Shown here: in pieces, positions 25,161 to 37,574 of the stretch | Numbering within the stretch: the first letter of the stretch is position 1 | How the letters are laid out: every line of letters begins with the position of its first letter | Assembly: GCA_030704615.1 (NCBI GenBank) | Contig: CM060734.1 | Coordinates: 47,244,001 to 47,308,000 of the forward strand | Direction: 5' to 3' | Source of the DNA: Takakia lepidozioides | Taxonomy: Eukaryota > Plantae > Bryophyta | Length of the DNA: 64,000 bases | Translations under genes and position numbers: made by a program | Notes under the pieces: generated by a model | Database searches by the model: none | The model's input: only the letters and a program-made list of their open reading frames with translations | What the model was told of the DNA's origin: nothing

Positions 25161-28100
25161 TGGGTTCAAAAATGGTGACAATATCAACGAAGTGGCTAGG
25201 GAATGCAACAGTGCATGCAGAGTACATGGACCGTCCTCGAGCTCATGTAGTCATCCACCGAGATAATCCAAACTCGGCCCTTTCCCGGTCTCTCCCACAT
25301 GCAATCGACTAGAGTCTAGGACGGCCCTGAAACCAAACACGACGTGCATTGCTTCATCCTGGCACTGCTCTTCAACCTCAATAGCAATATCCCCATTCTT
25401 GGGCTTATGCCATTCTTTGGGCAGCTGCTAGGTGTGCTGACAACCATGCCATTTTATGGCGAACCACCACGAACACCCTCGACTCCCGGTGATGAGTCGC
25501 AGTGAGTCTTGGCCCACCCACCACGGCCCCTATGGACCGTGATGAGTCCCAAGACTCCCCACGACTCCCACCACGACAGAGACGGTCGCCACAAGGCATA
25601 CTTGATAATATGAGGTTTGGAGCCTGGACAAATACTTATTGGAGGCATACCATGCAGACCAGGGAGATAGTGAGTTGACATTGTTATGAACGATGATGAT
25701 CACAAACTTGGCACCCTCTCTCACCCCTCATGAAATCTCGCCTGAAATAACACTCTCCTGTTTCTAACACCGTATGGAACTTGTCTGCAAGCGAAGTCAC
25801 TGATCATGTAATATATCTAGTTGCCAAGCACAGCCTAGATGCCTTGGAACTAGCTTAGATATAATTTGACAACGACAATAAAGTCACAGATCAACACAAG
25901 GAGCTTTCGGAATGTTCCCTGTGTAGCAACAGGGAACGATGTACGTTTGTCTTGTGTGGGAAGAGTTGTAAAAGGAGATTTTTCTTTTCCCTGTGACCTT
26001 TCCTCTGACATCTGAACAACATGGGAAAGTAACATGTAAACTAGAGTGTTTGCCCCATGAGCTCCATTTACCTTAACAAACAAGGAAAAGAACAGGGAAA
26101 ACTGGTGTGTTATCCCATGTAGCTCCACATGGGATAACAGGATTAAGTATCAGAATTAAGTATCAGGATCACAATGCCAAGTTTATCAGGGCCATCAGGG
26201 CCAAGTTTAGCCTGCAAATTTGGCAAAGTAGTCTGCTTGTGCTGAATGCTCAGAGAATAGGCCTCCATCAGAGAGAGTGCAATTGAATACAGATTCTGAC
26301 GCAGTAGCATCTGCATTTCCTGCTCAGGCATATGCCCCCTATAGGCTGTGGGGTATGATGAAAAAGCCTTGCTATGGAGTGGCGAAAATAGCTCTCGAAT
26401 TCAATCCTTAGTTTACAGCATAAGGGCAGATAACCCCTCTGCTTATTTCTCCAAAAGTGTTGCATAGATGCAAGTATGCACTACATTAAACTAATCCGAG
26501 TGGTTGTGGACAGGTTCTTGCATTTGATGCACAGGAGCTTCTTGGAGAGGGTATCCTATAGGTATGTGGTCTCAGTTGTACCCCTCACTCAACATACTTT
26601 AGTTTTTATTTCTGTTGTGCCAAATAGTGAGAGGATTTAAGTGACATGTTGAAGAGAAATGGGTTCATAGGTTTATGTGGTATAAAAAGTACATTGTATA
26701 TAGAAGTCAGGGAAGAAACACTGCCCTCACAACCTGCCATAGATTGCCTTAAACTTCATGGGCTGAACAAGGTCTGGCCCACAAGACATTACTCAGTCAT
26801 GGCTGATAACATTGCACTTGACAATGAAAAACACATTGTATGCATGGAACAATCAGAATCTCAGGGACAACTCACTTGTATAAAAATATAGTGAAATGCT
26901 TTCTTACATCTCCATACTTCTAATCACAATTATTACCAAGTCTCTTGATATGATACCAGTGGGATATGTCAGCCACAGACATTCGTGTTCTTGCAAGTTT
27001 TGCTGCAAAGTGCTCTAGAGCCTAGTTCCACCTTGCCACGGACATGAGGATCAACCAACACTCAGCCCCTTCCATGTGAAGGGAGGAATTCTCCCCATAC
27101 ACAAGACCACATCACTGCCCCAAATGTACACTTCGTCCAATAACTCGGAGTGGGCAATCAACTTGCATTTGGTGGGCCAGGACACTCACACATATGCCAA
27201 ACTCGTAGTGGCAGCACCAGCAAGCCAATGACCGAGAGCTGAACATTCCCAAGAGAAAAAATGGAAGGCAAAGGTCCGCTCTAAGTTTCTTAATTTCGAC
27301 GCACGCATGAATCGCAAAATACAAAGATGTCTGTTGAGAGGAGGAAAAAAAGACACTGTCCATATTGTAGCAGCAATGTCCATCTCTCCCCAATCCTCCA
27401 CCACAACGCCCAAGGTGAAAAAATGCTCCTAGTGGGATAACAATGCAACTAAGGAACCTACTTGCTGGGCTAACCTCCCTCTAGTCTCTAGTAGGAAAAA
27501 GAGATACCGACTGTTTCTGTCATGACATCTATAGATCTGCAGATAGAATCCCTCAATGCAAAAGGAAAGCTTTGAATCAAGCAACTGGAGGCCTGAGAAC
27601 ATGGTCTTGTGAAGTATCCACCGCAGCAGGTGGCATCCATTGCCACATTGCCATGCCTGGATACCCTGCCACGTGTGGTGCCTTGTTTGACGGTCAAAAA
27701 GTGTGGTGCAAAAGTCTTGTACCTTGTAGACAGGCAACCCAAGACCTCCTTTCTAACAATCATGCCCCTGTGCAAACACTATCTCAATTCACTGGAAAGA
27801 GTACCCTCTGTTTCTAGCTTCTCGTTTATGTCCTTGGCTGGAATTGTACTGTCCAGGCCTACAGTTGCGGGTTCACTTCACTTAGACTTGCAAGTTGATC
27901 CACACGCTCATTCAATGTCGCTGAAAGAAGCACATGTTGCTTTTCCTTCTCCCCCATGTCTAGATTGGCCTTGTTGGAGGACTGCCTGTTGAGGTTTAGC
28001 TCCTCCGCCATTCCACAGGTGTACGAATTAGGAACTTAGTTGGTTTGAAATTGGACATAAGTTTTACCAATTTGTGCCACGAGCAAGTATGTTGTACCTC

Positions 28101-30810
28101 AGTCGACGCAGTAAATCTGTGAGAGCGAGGCCCCACCTGATGCACAAAGCTAAGGTCCACTGTGCCAACCAAACGTTCATGCTCTGCTTAAGCTCCTTCA
28201 GCGCCCATATGAATCCCTTTCGAAGGACGTCGGTGGACTGCTCGAACAACAGCATACAAGAAAGATTCTCCTTCCTCCCAATCCTGTCCCTTCATAAGCA
28301 TAACATCTCCAACCTCAGGATAAGGTGGACAACACCCTGGTTGACCCACCTGGAGCAAATGGTTCCTGGGACCAATATCCTCCAACTCATAGGCAACCAC
28401 AAACTGGCTTGGCGACTGGTAGATAGGTAGTGCCATGAATTGGTACATTAGTTGTTGAACGGGCCTTACAGATATTTCCCTCGGTCAAGAACTCAAAATT
28501 TGCATGCCAGTAAGGTCATGTGTCAAGGGCATTGCCGATTCCGGGGTTGCCATGTGTTGCTCGAAGAACTTAGCTTTGAAGAAGACTTTCATAACCCCTT
28601 CAAATTCATGTATGAAAAATCCCAAAACATTCGCTTTCCAAGCCCATGGGTGCTCTTCGTTTAAAGAGTCTAGCCTCACCACAACCAAGTCTCCCACTCT
28701 ATACTCTCTGCCACCAAGCAACAAGAACCGCAAGACCAAGATCTCTTCATTGAAACTTTGCAAGTTCAGATTTGTCAATATACCTTGGTCTCTCCAATAC
28801 TTCTTAAGATACAAATTGATGTCTTGGCCCATTTTTTGAACATTAGGACGTTTCAAACCCACCAATGTACCTTTTTCTTCTATCATTGCACGACATTCAC
28901 AAGAACCCACAATAGGCAAAAGCTTTGACAACTGCCTAGCCATGTCTTGCGAGTGTGTTATGATAGCACAGCTGCCATGCCACTCCTCACACTCCAAGGG
29001 ATTTCTGATTGGAGGCCGGTAAAAGTCTGTTGGTGGCCGAAGGTACACATGGAGCTCCTTCAATGCCCGTTTGGGTGGCAAAAACCCATCATTGTCCGCT
29101 TGGATACACGAAAAGATGTGTGTGAAGCAATGACGCTCAAAGTACTGGATGTACGAAACCTCATTTGATTTCTGGTTGGTTGGGATGGCCATGTAGGTTG
29201 AAACTTGCCACTCAAACGGGTAACACCAAAAATTGTCATGGCATCCGTGCCTGAGTACGTCATCTAAGAGCTCCCCGCTTCCTGAATAGCATAATAAACA
29301 AAATCCAAGGATAACATTCACACTTGACCATGTCCATGCTTGTGCTCATGAGAGCTTTGCAGGATGTCCCTCTATTACTGGCACACAATTCCACCCAAAT
29401 TATGTTTGTGTTTTTTATTGACCCTAGTGTTTCAAATGCATTACTAGGTTGTCTTGCTTTCCAGATATGCTATGCTTGTACAGTCATGCTAAACAGCTTT
29501 CCAACTTTTTCCCTAATCTTCAATGAGCTGAGGTCTATTGTTACTCCCTATACCCACTCAAATTGGCCACCAACCTTTCATTCTATCTTGTGAGCATACC
29601 ATCTCAGGGAGGGGACTGAGTGGTACAAGATGGAGTACCCCGATATACCACCTCTCCTCCTTTCCGCCACTCTCTCCTTCCCCATGGGCAATTCTCGCCA
29701 TTCTGTCATAGCAGTGAAAAGGCTTTCACTAGTTCGGACAGGAAGCGGATGTCGTGCTTCCTTTCGAGTATTCTCATATTTCAAGGTGTTTCTAGAGCTT
29801 GATCCTCTTGGTTCCAACTCCAAGTGAATATCGTGCCATCTACAGCCTGAATAGCCTCCCCCTTTCAGGCCCCCCACTTTACACTGGGCAGGATGGTCTC
29901 CTGTATAAAGCATCAAAATAGCACGCAGAGTGATGGGTTCCTCAGGAGACTTCAAAGGTAAGTACTTGCTGATTAAGTACTCTGGGTACGCATATGTGAA
30001 AGTCATGCCATCCACAAACGATGCTTCTAGTTCCCGAATAAGGGGTTCCAAGAATGCAGAGAGGACGTTTGTATCTGTCTGCTTTACTACTTTGTCAGAA
30101 CTGGTTGGAATAAACAACACAGGGAGGGGATCCAATGGAGATGTTTTGCCACCATTAAGAATCACAATCTCTAAAGTTCAACAATCACGTTGTCTTGTTT
30201 GCCCACTCATCCCAATGGGCCATCAATGCAAAGTTCCTCGGATCCCCCTGTGATGTCCATCATGGTCAAAATGCCAATTAGCAATTGGAATAACAAACAA
30301 ACCTTGTAATTTAAATCGTTTGTGGAAATTAGAGCCTGACATGCACTTTGACAATAGTAAATATATGCAAGTAAACCATCCAGGAATGTTCCTGCAATAC
30401 TCTTCCTTGTAAGACTTGAATTTGCAACAAAGTTATATGCACTGATGGGAATAAACCAAAAGAAGCAATAAAAAGAATTTGAATGAGCACCTTGTGATAT
30501 AGTTTGGGACTTTCAATGAGAGTGGCACACTCAGGGCAAGGAAAAGAATAGAGCCCACGGTGGTGATCCCAATTTTCACTCAATTCTGCACATTTTACAG
30601 ATGAAGGAAAGGCACGGAAGCTTCGTCTACATCCAGAATTTGGGCAAACAATGGGGGAGGTTTACTATTTCATGAGCGCATGAGCCCATGAGCCCATGAG
30701 CTCATGAGCGGACATCCGCGGAATTGGAATTTTCCTGCCTTTATTGACGGTGTTATGTCCTCTTACCTCGGTAATAGGGTCTGTTTCTCCTGGTCCAGGA
30801 TGCGGAATGA

Positions 30811-31095
30811 GGTATTTCGGCGCCGTTATTCCCAAGAGCAGTGTGCTAAAATGGTGTTTTGAAGACATCCACCGGGGTATTTCGGCACCGAAATTACCTC
30901 TTAAAATGTGATATAGTGCGGTATTTAATGGCGCAGAACGGGCTATTTGGGCGCCGAAATACCCAAGTGGAATGTGCTGAAGTGCCTTGTGCTGAAGGCT
31001 TCCATCGCGATATTTTGGTACAGAAATTCATCCGCGGAATTTTTGAGGCCCATATAACGAAGGCGCGCATTGGGCTATTTCGGCGCCAAATTTCC
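30811..31095. repeat. Left subterminal array of GGCGCC-core motifs with unique spacers
   Basis: Cores at 30819, 30884, 30950, 31017 (degenerate) and 31082; spacing 65-67 bp. Confidence 0.8.
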
Positions 31096-31348
31096 CAATA
31101 GGAATGTTAGAAACGGCAGGGTCTTCATGGCTTCAAGTTCTCGGCTCGATGGTGTGCATAAATTACTTGTAGGGTTCTTCACTGAAGTTTGCGTCTCTTC
31201 TGCTTTTATTATACATTTTGGTTGGCGGAAGAACAACCAAAATGTAGGGAATCGGACAAGCAGTCTGAACACAATGATTTTTCAAATCGTTAATATTTTC
31301 ATTAAGTGTTTCAGAACTGTACAACAAAAGGATCCAAATGAGACTTTG

Positions 31349-32971
31349 CTATGGTGAGGATCCGCTATCACTGTCCGATGCATCCCCGGCCTCATGCAAA
31401 GATGGCTGCCTTCCACCTGCCTCCGAGCCTGCACTGTCGCTACCGCTGTTACTTTGAGAAGCCCTCCCCTCAAAAATACCATCCTCACCAGCCGGAACTG
31501 TCCACCTGGGTGCGGAAGTGTCCTCAACATTCCCCTCGCTCTCGGACGCGGATTCTATTACGAACTTCCCTACTCTGCCTTTCACAATTCTATGTTTGGC
31601 CTCACGCCTCATTATAATTCTCTGCTCATTCCCGTATGTCAATTGCTCTAACCGAGTAGGCCTATCCTCCCTCTGGCAGCCGTGTCTGCATAGGCTGGTA
31701 GAAAAAAAGGCTTCTGGGGACTCGCGAGAAACGATTTTCTGGCAAAGAATGGCCGATGCGATTCTGTCTCCTCCTCTGCAACAGGGTCCGATTCGGGCAA
31801 GTCTCCCAGCTTCTCCTCGTCGGACGACTCTGCAAGGCTGAGTGTACGCACAAACATAGAATGAAGTACATTAGAGAATTCAAACAGGGAATCATCGGCA
31901 GGTTGCATGGTCCCTACAACCGAAACCAATACACTTACTATGGTGCAACTCACTCGAAGACAGGCATTGGGGGAAGCGGCTTCGGGCGCCCCTGCATCGA
32001 ACGAATTTCCTGGACTTCCTCCTCTTCATCTTCCTCCTCCCCTTCCACGTCATCTTCTGCGTTTTTGGGATCCTCAGTCGGAGGCAAACGCTGAAGGCCC
32101 GCCAAATTGTAATCGTACAAGGCCGTATCTCCCTCAAATGAGAACACAAATCGGTTCGACATCCTTCCCGCCCACATACAGGCACCTGCAAATTCATACG
32201 ACACAACCACAACCAAACTCAAGAATGAGTCGCTTCCTCGCACAAGCAAACATACACAAACGGAAAATGGTGTCAATTTTGGTGCCGCATTCAATTAACG
32301 TTCTCACCTGTATTTGCAGTGATGTCGAGGACCCTGCCTTCAACATCCGTACATGTTTCCATGAGCGTCTGGGATGAATGCAGGACTCTTGGTCCTGCCA
32401 TACCTCCATGGCTTGCCCGACAAATCACAAAGAATGTCCTTCTCTCCCACATGGTTGAACAGGACGTTATACTCCAGTGGATCAACTGTGGAATCAACAA
32501 GTCTTCCTGTTTCACGTAATTTGAATTTCTAATGTTTCTTCACGAAGCAAAATGCCTGAAAGATAAGAGTCTGCAGAGAAGGAAATGTCCTGGAGGTTTT
32601 GCTTCTCTGCAAGCTCCAGCAGGTTTTGATCGTCGCCAAGTCGTACCACGTTGTCGTCCTCTCCTTCTGTCAGCTCAATGGGCCGCCCTTCTGCAGATCC
32701 AACTCCCACATCTCCAGCGGCCTCCACCGCATTCGTAACCCAATATCTCCGCTTCCAGTCTCCCTAGGGGTTTTACTGGCGAAGCCATGGGCTCCTTCTG
32801 CTTCCTCGACTTCCGAACTCTAGGTGGGCTTTTCTGAGGCGATATCTGAGGTGTTGAATGAGGACTCGCCTGCCTCGATGCACTTCCACCTTGCGAGCGC
32901 AGCACCCGGGCAGGAGTATCCAAAGTTGACTGTGTTGCTTCGCCCCCCTGCGATCCCTCCCCAGCTCCCAT
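31349..32971 (-). pseudogene. Beta-class N6A/N4C DNA methyltransferase-like gene, copy 1 (motif IV exon deleted)
   Basis: Exons 32570-32308, 32185-31954 and 31837-31349 with GT-AG introns, plus a low-complexity N-terminal part from the ATG at 32971. Spliced protein reads KPWRYGRTKSPAFIQTLMETCTDVEGRVLDITANTG|ACMWAGRMSNRFVFSFEGDTALY, matching motifs X-I-II of N6_N4_Mtase. One stop and several frameshifts. Confidence 0.8.
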
Positions 32972-33637
32972 GTCAAACAAACAGGAAAACATGAGACACT
33001 GCACGCAAAAAAAAAGGTGTAAAAGGAATATTGCGTATGGAGTGCTTCATATCCGCAAAGCACGAATCTCTCACTGGTGGGCGATCCGAGTCTCCGGATA
33101 ACGAGGTCTGCATTTCATGCATGAGACGGAGCTTAAGTCGTGTCGTCGGCGGCTTCCCAAAATCTCGCGTCCTCCTTCTCTTTGCCGGAGTTGCCTGACC
33201 TTCCACAAACTCTATGCTACCACTATGCCGCATAAGGAGAGGAAACGCAGGAGAATGTCACTGCAGAAGGGCAAGGAGCGAGAGAGCGAAGCGGTGGAAC
33301 ATGCAACCACTATGCACGAGCAGATGTGTAAGCAGCCACGTCTCCCGAAGCGTTGCCACCGTCCACCACTTTCTGCCGTATGAGTGATGAAGAGATTGTG
33401 ACCCCTGACACGTTCGCACGGATGAAGTCGACTGGAACACGACGCGTGCCAGTTCCAGCCACCAGTACAAGACGGTTTATCCGAATTGCGGCACTGAAAT
33501 ACCTTCCGTTCACCGGATGCTGTTCCCGGAGCAGCCGACATTGAATGAAATATCTGCACATCATGAAACCCAACCGCCATGAAAATCCCCTGCCTATGAC
33601 ATTCAACAGTCAGGTCGGTACGTTTCATCAGCGGACG

Positions 33638-34996
33638 GATGAATTTCGGCGCCAAAATTCATCCTATTGAAGTGCTTTCGTACACAAACTTACAAATTTC
33701 GGCGCCGCAATTCATCGCTTCCCAAGTCCTCATTCGTCATGAGCAAACCTGTCAGTGGGATATCGGAGCCGGAATTAATTCCGGGACAGTGGAAACGGCT
33801 GCACTTGGGCACATTTCATCCATATTTCGGCGCCGAAATTCATTACGAATATCTCCGTCCGCGCGTAGACGAGGTGAAATCATCCATATTTCGGCGCCGA
33901 AATTCATCCAGAGCGAAGACTAAATCGGCACCATGCTATGCTTTGCCGCCATCATTGCCCCTGACGGATGCTGTCCATGCCTGTTGGACTTGCCATTTCT
34001 GGACATTTAACTATAATTTCGGCGCCGAAATTATACTTTATGTGCGGCAACGTCCCGTGCGAAAAAGACCACTTAATGGATACTGTCGGTTTCAAAGGAA
34101 AAAAACGGCTAAAATGCAATTAATTTTGACAGAAGGGGTTCAATATGCCGATTTCTCCATTAAATGCAGAATATTCCTGTTATCTTCGTCGGAACGGGGT
34201 ATTTCCAACGATTTACCGAAAATTATATCATCTAGAAGCAAATAATAAGTGTCGGGTTTGGACGAATTTCGGCGCCAAAATTCATCCGTCGCATAGAAAA
34301 TGTAATATTAGAGTTACTCATTGCGGACAGTAAGGATGAATTTCGGCGCCGAAATTCATCCATTTCAAAGAAAAAAAAATATTGGAGGGAGGGCATTGGA
34401 TGAATTTCGGCGCCGAAATCCGGCGCTCAAACCCTGAAAAGAATTTGGAGGGATGGAGTCGGTTGAATTTCGGCGCCGAAATTCATTGCTCGCGAAGAAA
34501 AAAAAAAAATTCGGGAGGACTTCGGATGAATTTCGGCGCCGAAATTCATTGCTCCCGAAGAAAAAAAAAAAATCGGGAGGACTTCGGATGAATTTCGGCG
34601 CCGAAATTCATTGCTCCCGAAGAAAAAAAAAAAATCCGGAAGGACTTCGGATGAATTTCGGCGCCGAAATTCATTGCTCCCGAAGAAAAAAAAAATTTCG
34701 GGAGGACTTCGGATGAATTTCGGCGCCGAAATTCATTGCTCGCGAAGAAAAAAAAAATTTCGGGAGGACTTCGGATGAATTTCGGCGCCGAAATTCATTG
34801 CTCGCGAAGAAAAAAAAAATTCGGGAGGACTTCGGATGAATGTCGGCGCCGAAATTCATTGCTCGCGAAGAAAAAAAAAATTCGGAAGGACTTCGGATGA
34901 ATTTCGGCGCCGAAATTCATTGCTCGCGAAGAAAAAGGAAAATTAGAAGGGAGTACTTGGATGAGATTCGGCGCCGAAGTTCATCTGTCGCAAAGG

Positions 34997-35030
<34 letters not shown>

Positions 35031-35490
35031 TCAGATGAATTTGGCACTGAAATCCATCCGCAGGGCAGCAGAATTAGGGTCGGAAAAGGAGATGAAGAAT
35101 GAATTTCGGGGCCGAAATACATCCATTCTGCCGATTCAGGATTACTGTCATTCGGATGTCAGCACCGATATCCGGACACGTGGTGAATCACGACTGTAAT
35201 CAGGAACACATTCATCCGTATTTTGGCATCCAAATTCAACCCTCATGTGCAGAAACAATTTGATGAAGAAGATGTTCATCCGAATTTCGGCACCGAAATC
35301 CATCCGTTGGGTGCTTGGTTAGTTTCATGAGGTGAACAAATTACTATTTCTGTCGCCGGAATTCATCCCCTGGCTTCCAAAGTTGTTACATGACAGAGAT
35401 GTTCATCCAGATTTCGGTGCCGAAATTCATGGGAAGGCCTGATTTATTGTAGCCCAAGTGGTTGTACATTACAATTCAGGCACCAAATAT
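33638..35490. repeat. Central array of the 24-bp palindrome ATGAATTTCGGCGCCGAAATTCAT at ~63-bp period
   Basis: About 26 cores. A homogeneous block of 8 near-identical units (cores 34472-34906) is flanked by units with unique spacers but the same period. Confidence 0.97.
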
Positions 35491-35639
35491 CCGATGTGAA
35501 CTTGCTGTTGTCGTCCGTTTTTGTAACGTACGTTACATACCTTCATCTTTACGTGCACCGATCACCCATCCTGTTGGATGCGGAATCCTCCAGAAAATCA
35601 TTTGTGTTATTAGGTAGGACACACTCTTCTCACTGCAGG

Positions 35640-36223
35640 ACTTCGCTGCGGAGCGTACCGAGAGGTCCCGTCTTCAACATGGACTCCCGTGTTTGGGTAA
35701 ACGTGTACTTCCATCCTGATTCTCTGAAAGCTAAAATACGTTCCACGAAATCCAATTCCCAGTCGTCATCCTCCTCCCACGAGAAGCTCTTCGCCCCGCA
35801 TACCGGTGGGTGACCCCGCAGCTTGGCCCACCCATCGGTGGGGGAAACTGAAAAGACGTCGGCCACCAACAAAGGCGAACGACACCAGGATGGCCAACGC
35901 TCTTGCAATGCCCTGCATAGTGCAAGGTTGCAGGGATGTTCCTCACCCCAGGATGGGGCGCATATTTCAGTTGTCAACAGCCGGGTCTGCTGCGCGCAGT
36001 GTCGTGTATACAATCACGGTTCACAGTACCCAGCTTGCAACTGTGAGGACTTCCTTGTTATGGAATCGAAGAATGCAGCATACGTCCCTGCAAACACCTT
36101 TATTACATTTTTCTGAAGCGCATGAGTTGCATATCCGCAGTGGACGTCTTCATCCATGCTCCAACACTGAGTTTCAACGAGCTGCACAAGGCCCTACGGC
36201 AGGACACTGGTCGGACTGCTTGA
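35640..36223 (+). pseudogene. SWIM zinc-finger gene (ZSWIM2/MEKK1-like context), frameshifted
   Basis: Across two frameshifts: RIFQLSTAGSAARSVVYTITV/SQYPACNCEDFLVMESKNAAYVP/CKHLYYIFLKRMSCISAVDVFIHAPTLSFNELHKAL, i.e. CxC-xn-CxH. 5' limit uncertain. Confidence 0.8.
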
Positions 36224-36906
36224 CATTCCACATTCGGGAAGGAGAAAGTGGCAATTATATTACATTCATCTTCTTGCACCCTATTTTTTTGTGAGGAATT
36301 ATACACTTGGTGGTGCCGCATCGCCATGGCTACATGTGAATTTCGGTGCCGCAATACATGAGAATGTGGTTTTTGGCCATGAATGGCATGCGCATGTTTT
36401 TTTTATTTTGGTTGTCTACAAATGGATCCGAGTAAAGCATACATTGTGTGGAGATTAACGGGCATTGAGGCCTATTTCAGCGCCGTTTATGGTCTATGTA
36501 CTGCATAGTGCTTCCTTGTTACTGCTCTTCATTCAATTTGTAGTGATTTCGCAGCCCATCCTGGCGTTTTCGTCCACCTTTATGAGAAGACTCCAATTTG
36601 CTACAAATACATTGTTACTGTTCTGCAAATGTGATGCCTTTACAAGATTGCTAGTTCTGTGTCCCAGTGGGAAGGGTCCTACTGCACATTCCAGCATTTG
36701 CATACTGCACCTTGTGCAAACAGCAATCCATACGACAAAGGACACGTCCCAGCATACTGGCAGTGAATTGCAAAAAACCTTAACAGAAGATTATCCAAGC
36801 ATGTATATTCCCCATATGGCACAGGGAAGCTGCTTGATTTCTGAATGAAAATGTATGTGCCATGAGTGTCGGCGAGTCGAAACATGTCTACTCTAGCATG
36901 CAAGAC

Positions 36907-37457
36907 CTATGGTCCCCTCGCCCAAGAAGAAGGAACTCTAACTGGCCTCTCAAGGACCTCCTGAGTGACCGGGTGCCTATATTTGAACAAAATGTCAGTG
37001 GTTTCTGTCGCCCGGTTGAAACTAACGAGGATGTCGTGTTTATCGATAGCGCCCCCTTGGTAGAAGGACATTTTCACATGGGCCCTGTGTTCCCCTCCTC
37101 CTCATCCTCATAACTGAAGAGAATGTCCCCACTTTCCGAGCCAGTCCGTCCACGCGTAAAGTTTTCACCTATGCACTCATCATACGTCCACTCGCAACAA
37201 TTCCAGCGATACAGCAACGCTGTGCGTGATCTGTTCGGCTCCCACTCATGCGGAAAGTCCAGGTCCATGATGCGTAGGAACCACCTGCTCCCCAGCCGGG
37301 GTCCAGGAGAATCGTGCAATCCTGGAAAAAACTCCATTGCTCTCAGCTGGACAAGTCGAGGATCGTCCCTGTAAACATCCAGGAAAACAATGATGTCGTG
37401 TGCTTTCGGGAAAATGACTCCCGTCTGGCGTCGATAGATGTGATTCGGGCACGACAT
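36907..37457 (-). pseudogene. Orphan ORF3 of transposon copy 1 (~183 codons, one frameshift)
   Basis: ATG at 37457. After a frameshift at ~37095 it continues EHRAHVKMSFYQGGAIDKHDILVSFNRATETTDILFKYRHP...GP*. An internal repeat (FTRGRTGSESGDILFSY / FNRATETTDILFKY) supports a coding origin. Confidence 0.5.
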
Positions 37458-37574
37458 GGCCTCACGACATAGCACAAACTCAAAGCAGGGAGGAGATGGG
37501 CACAACAGAGAAGAGTGAAGAGCAAAATGAGAGCAAGGCCTCCCTTACCGTAAGGCGGGTATTTGCTCTCCGGA

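Noticed and set aside
31950-32570. Bacterial contamination as the source of the MTase
   Set aside because: It has spliceosomal introns, lies inside a TSD-flanked element and is nested in plant TEs.
33212-33655. PHD-like Cys/His pattern (FQCRNSDKPSCTGGWNWHASC)
   Set aside because: Incomplete ligand set, a competing open frame, and no support from copy 2 in this window.
34382-35199. Repetitive Lys/Arg-rich ORFs (MNFGAEIH...)
   Set aside because: These are translations of the palindrome array and A tracts; unit lengths of 61-63 bp do not preserve frame.
33638-35490. CRISPR array (palindromic repeats with constant-length spacers)
   Set aside because: Eukaryotic TE context, no cas genes, the central spacers are copies of each other and the outer repeats are degenerate.
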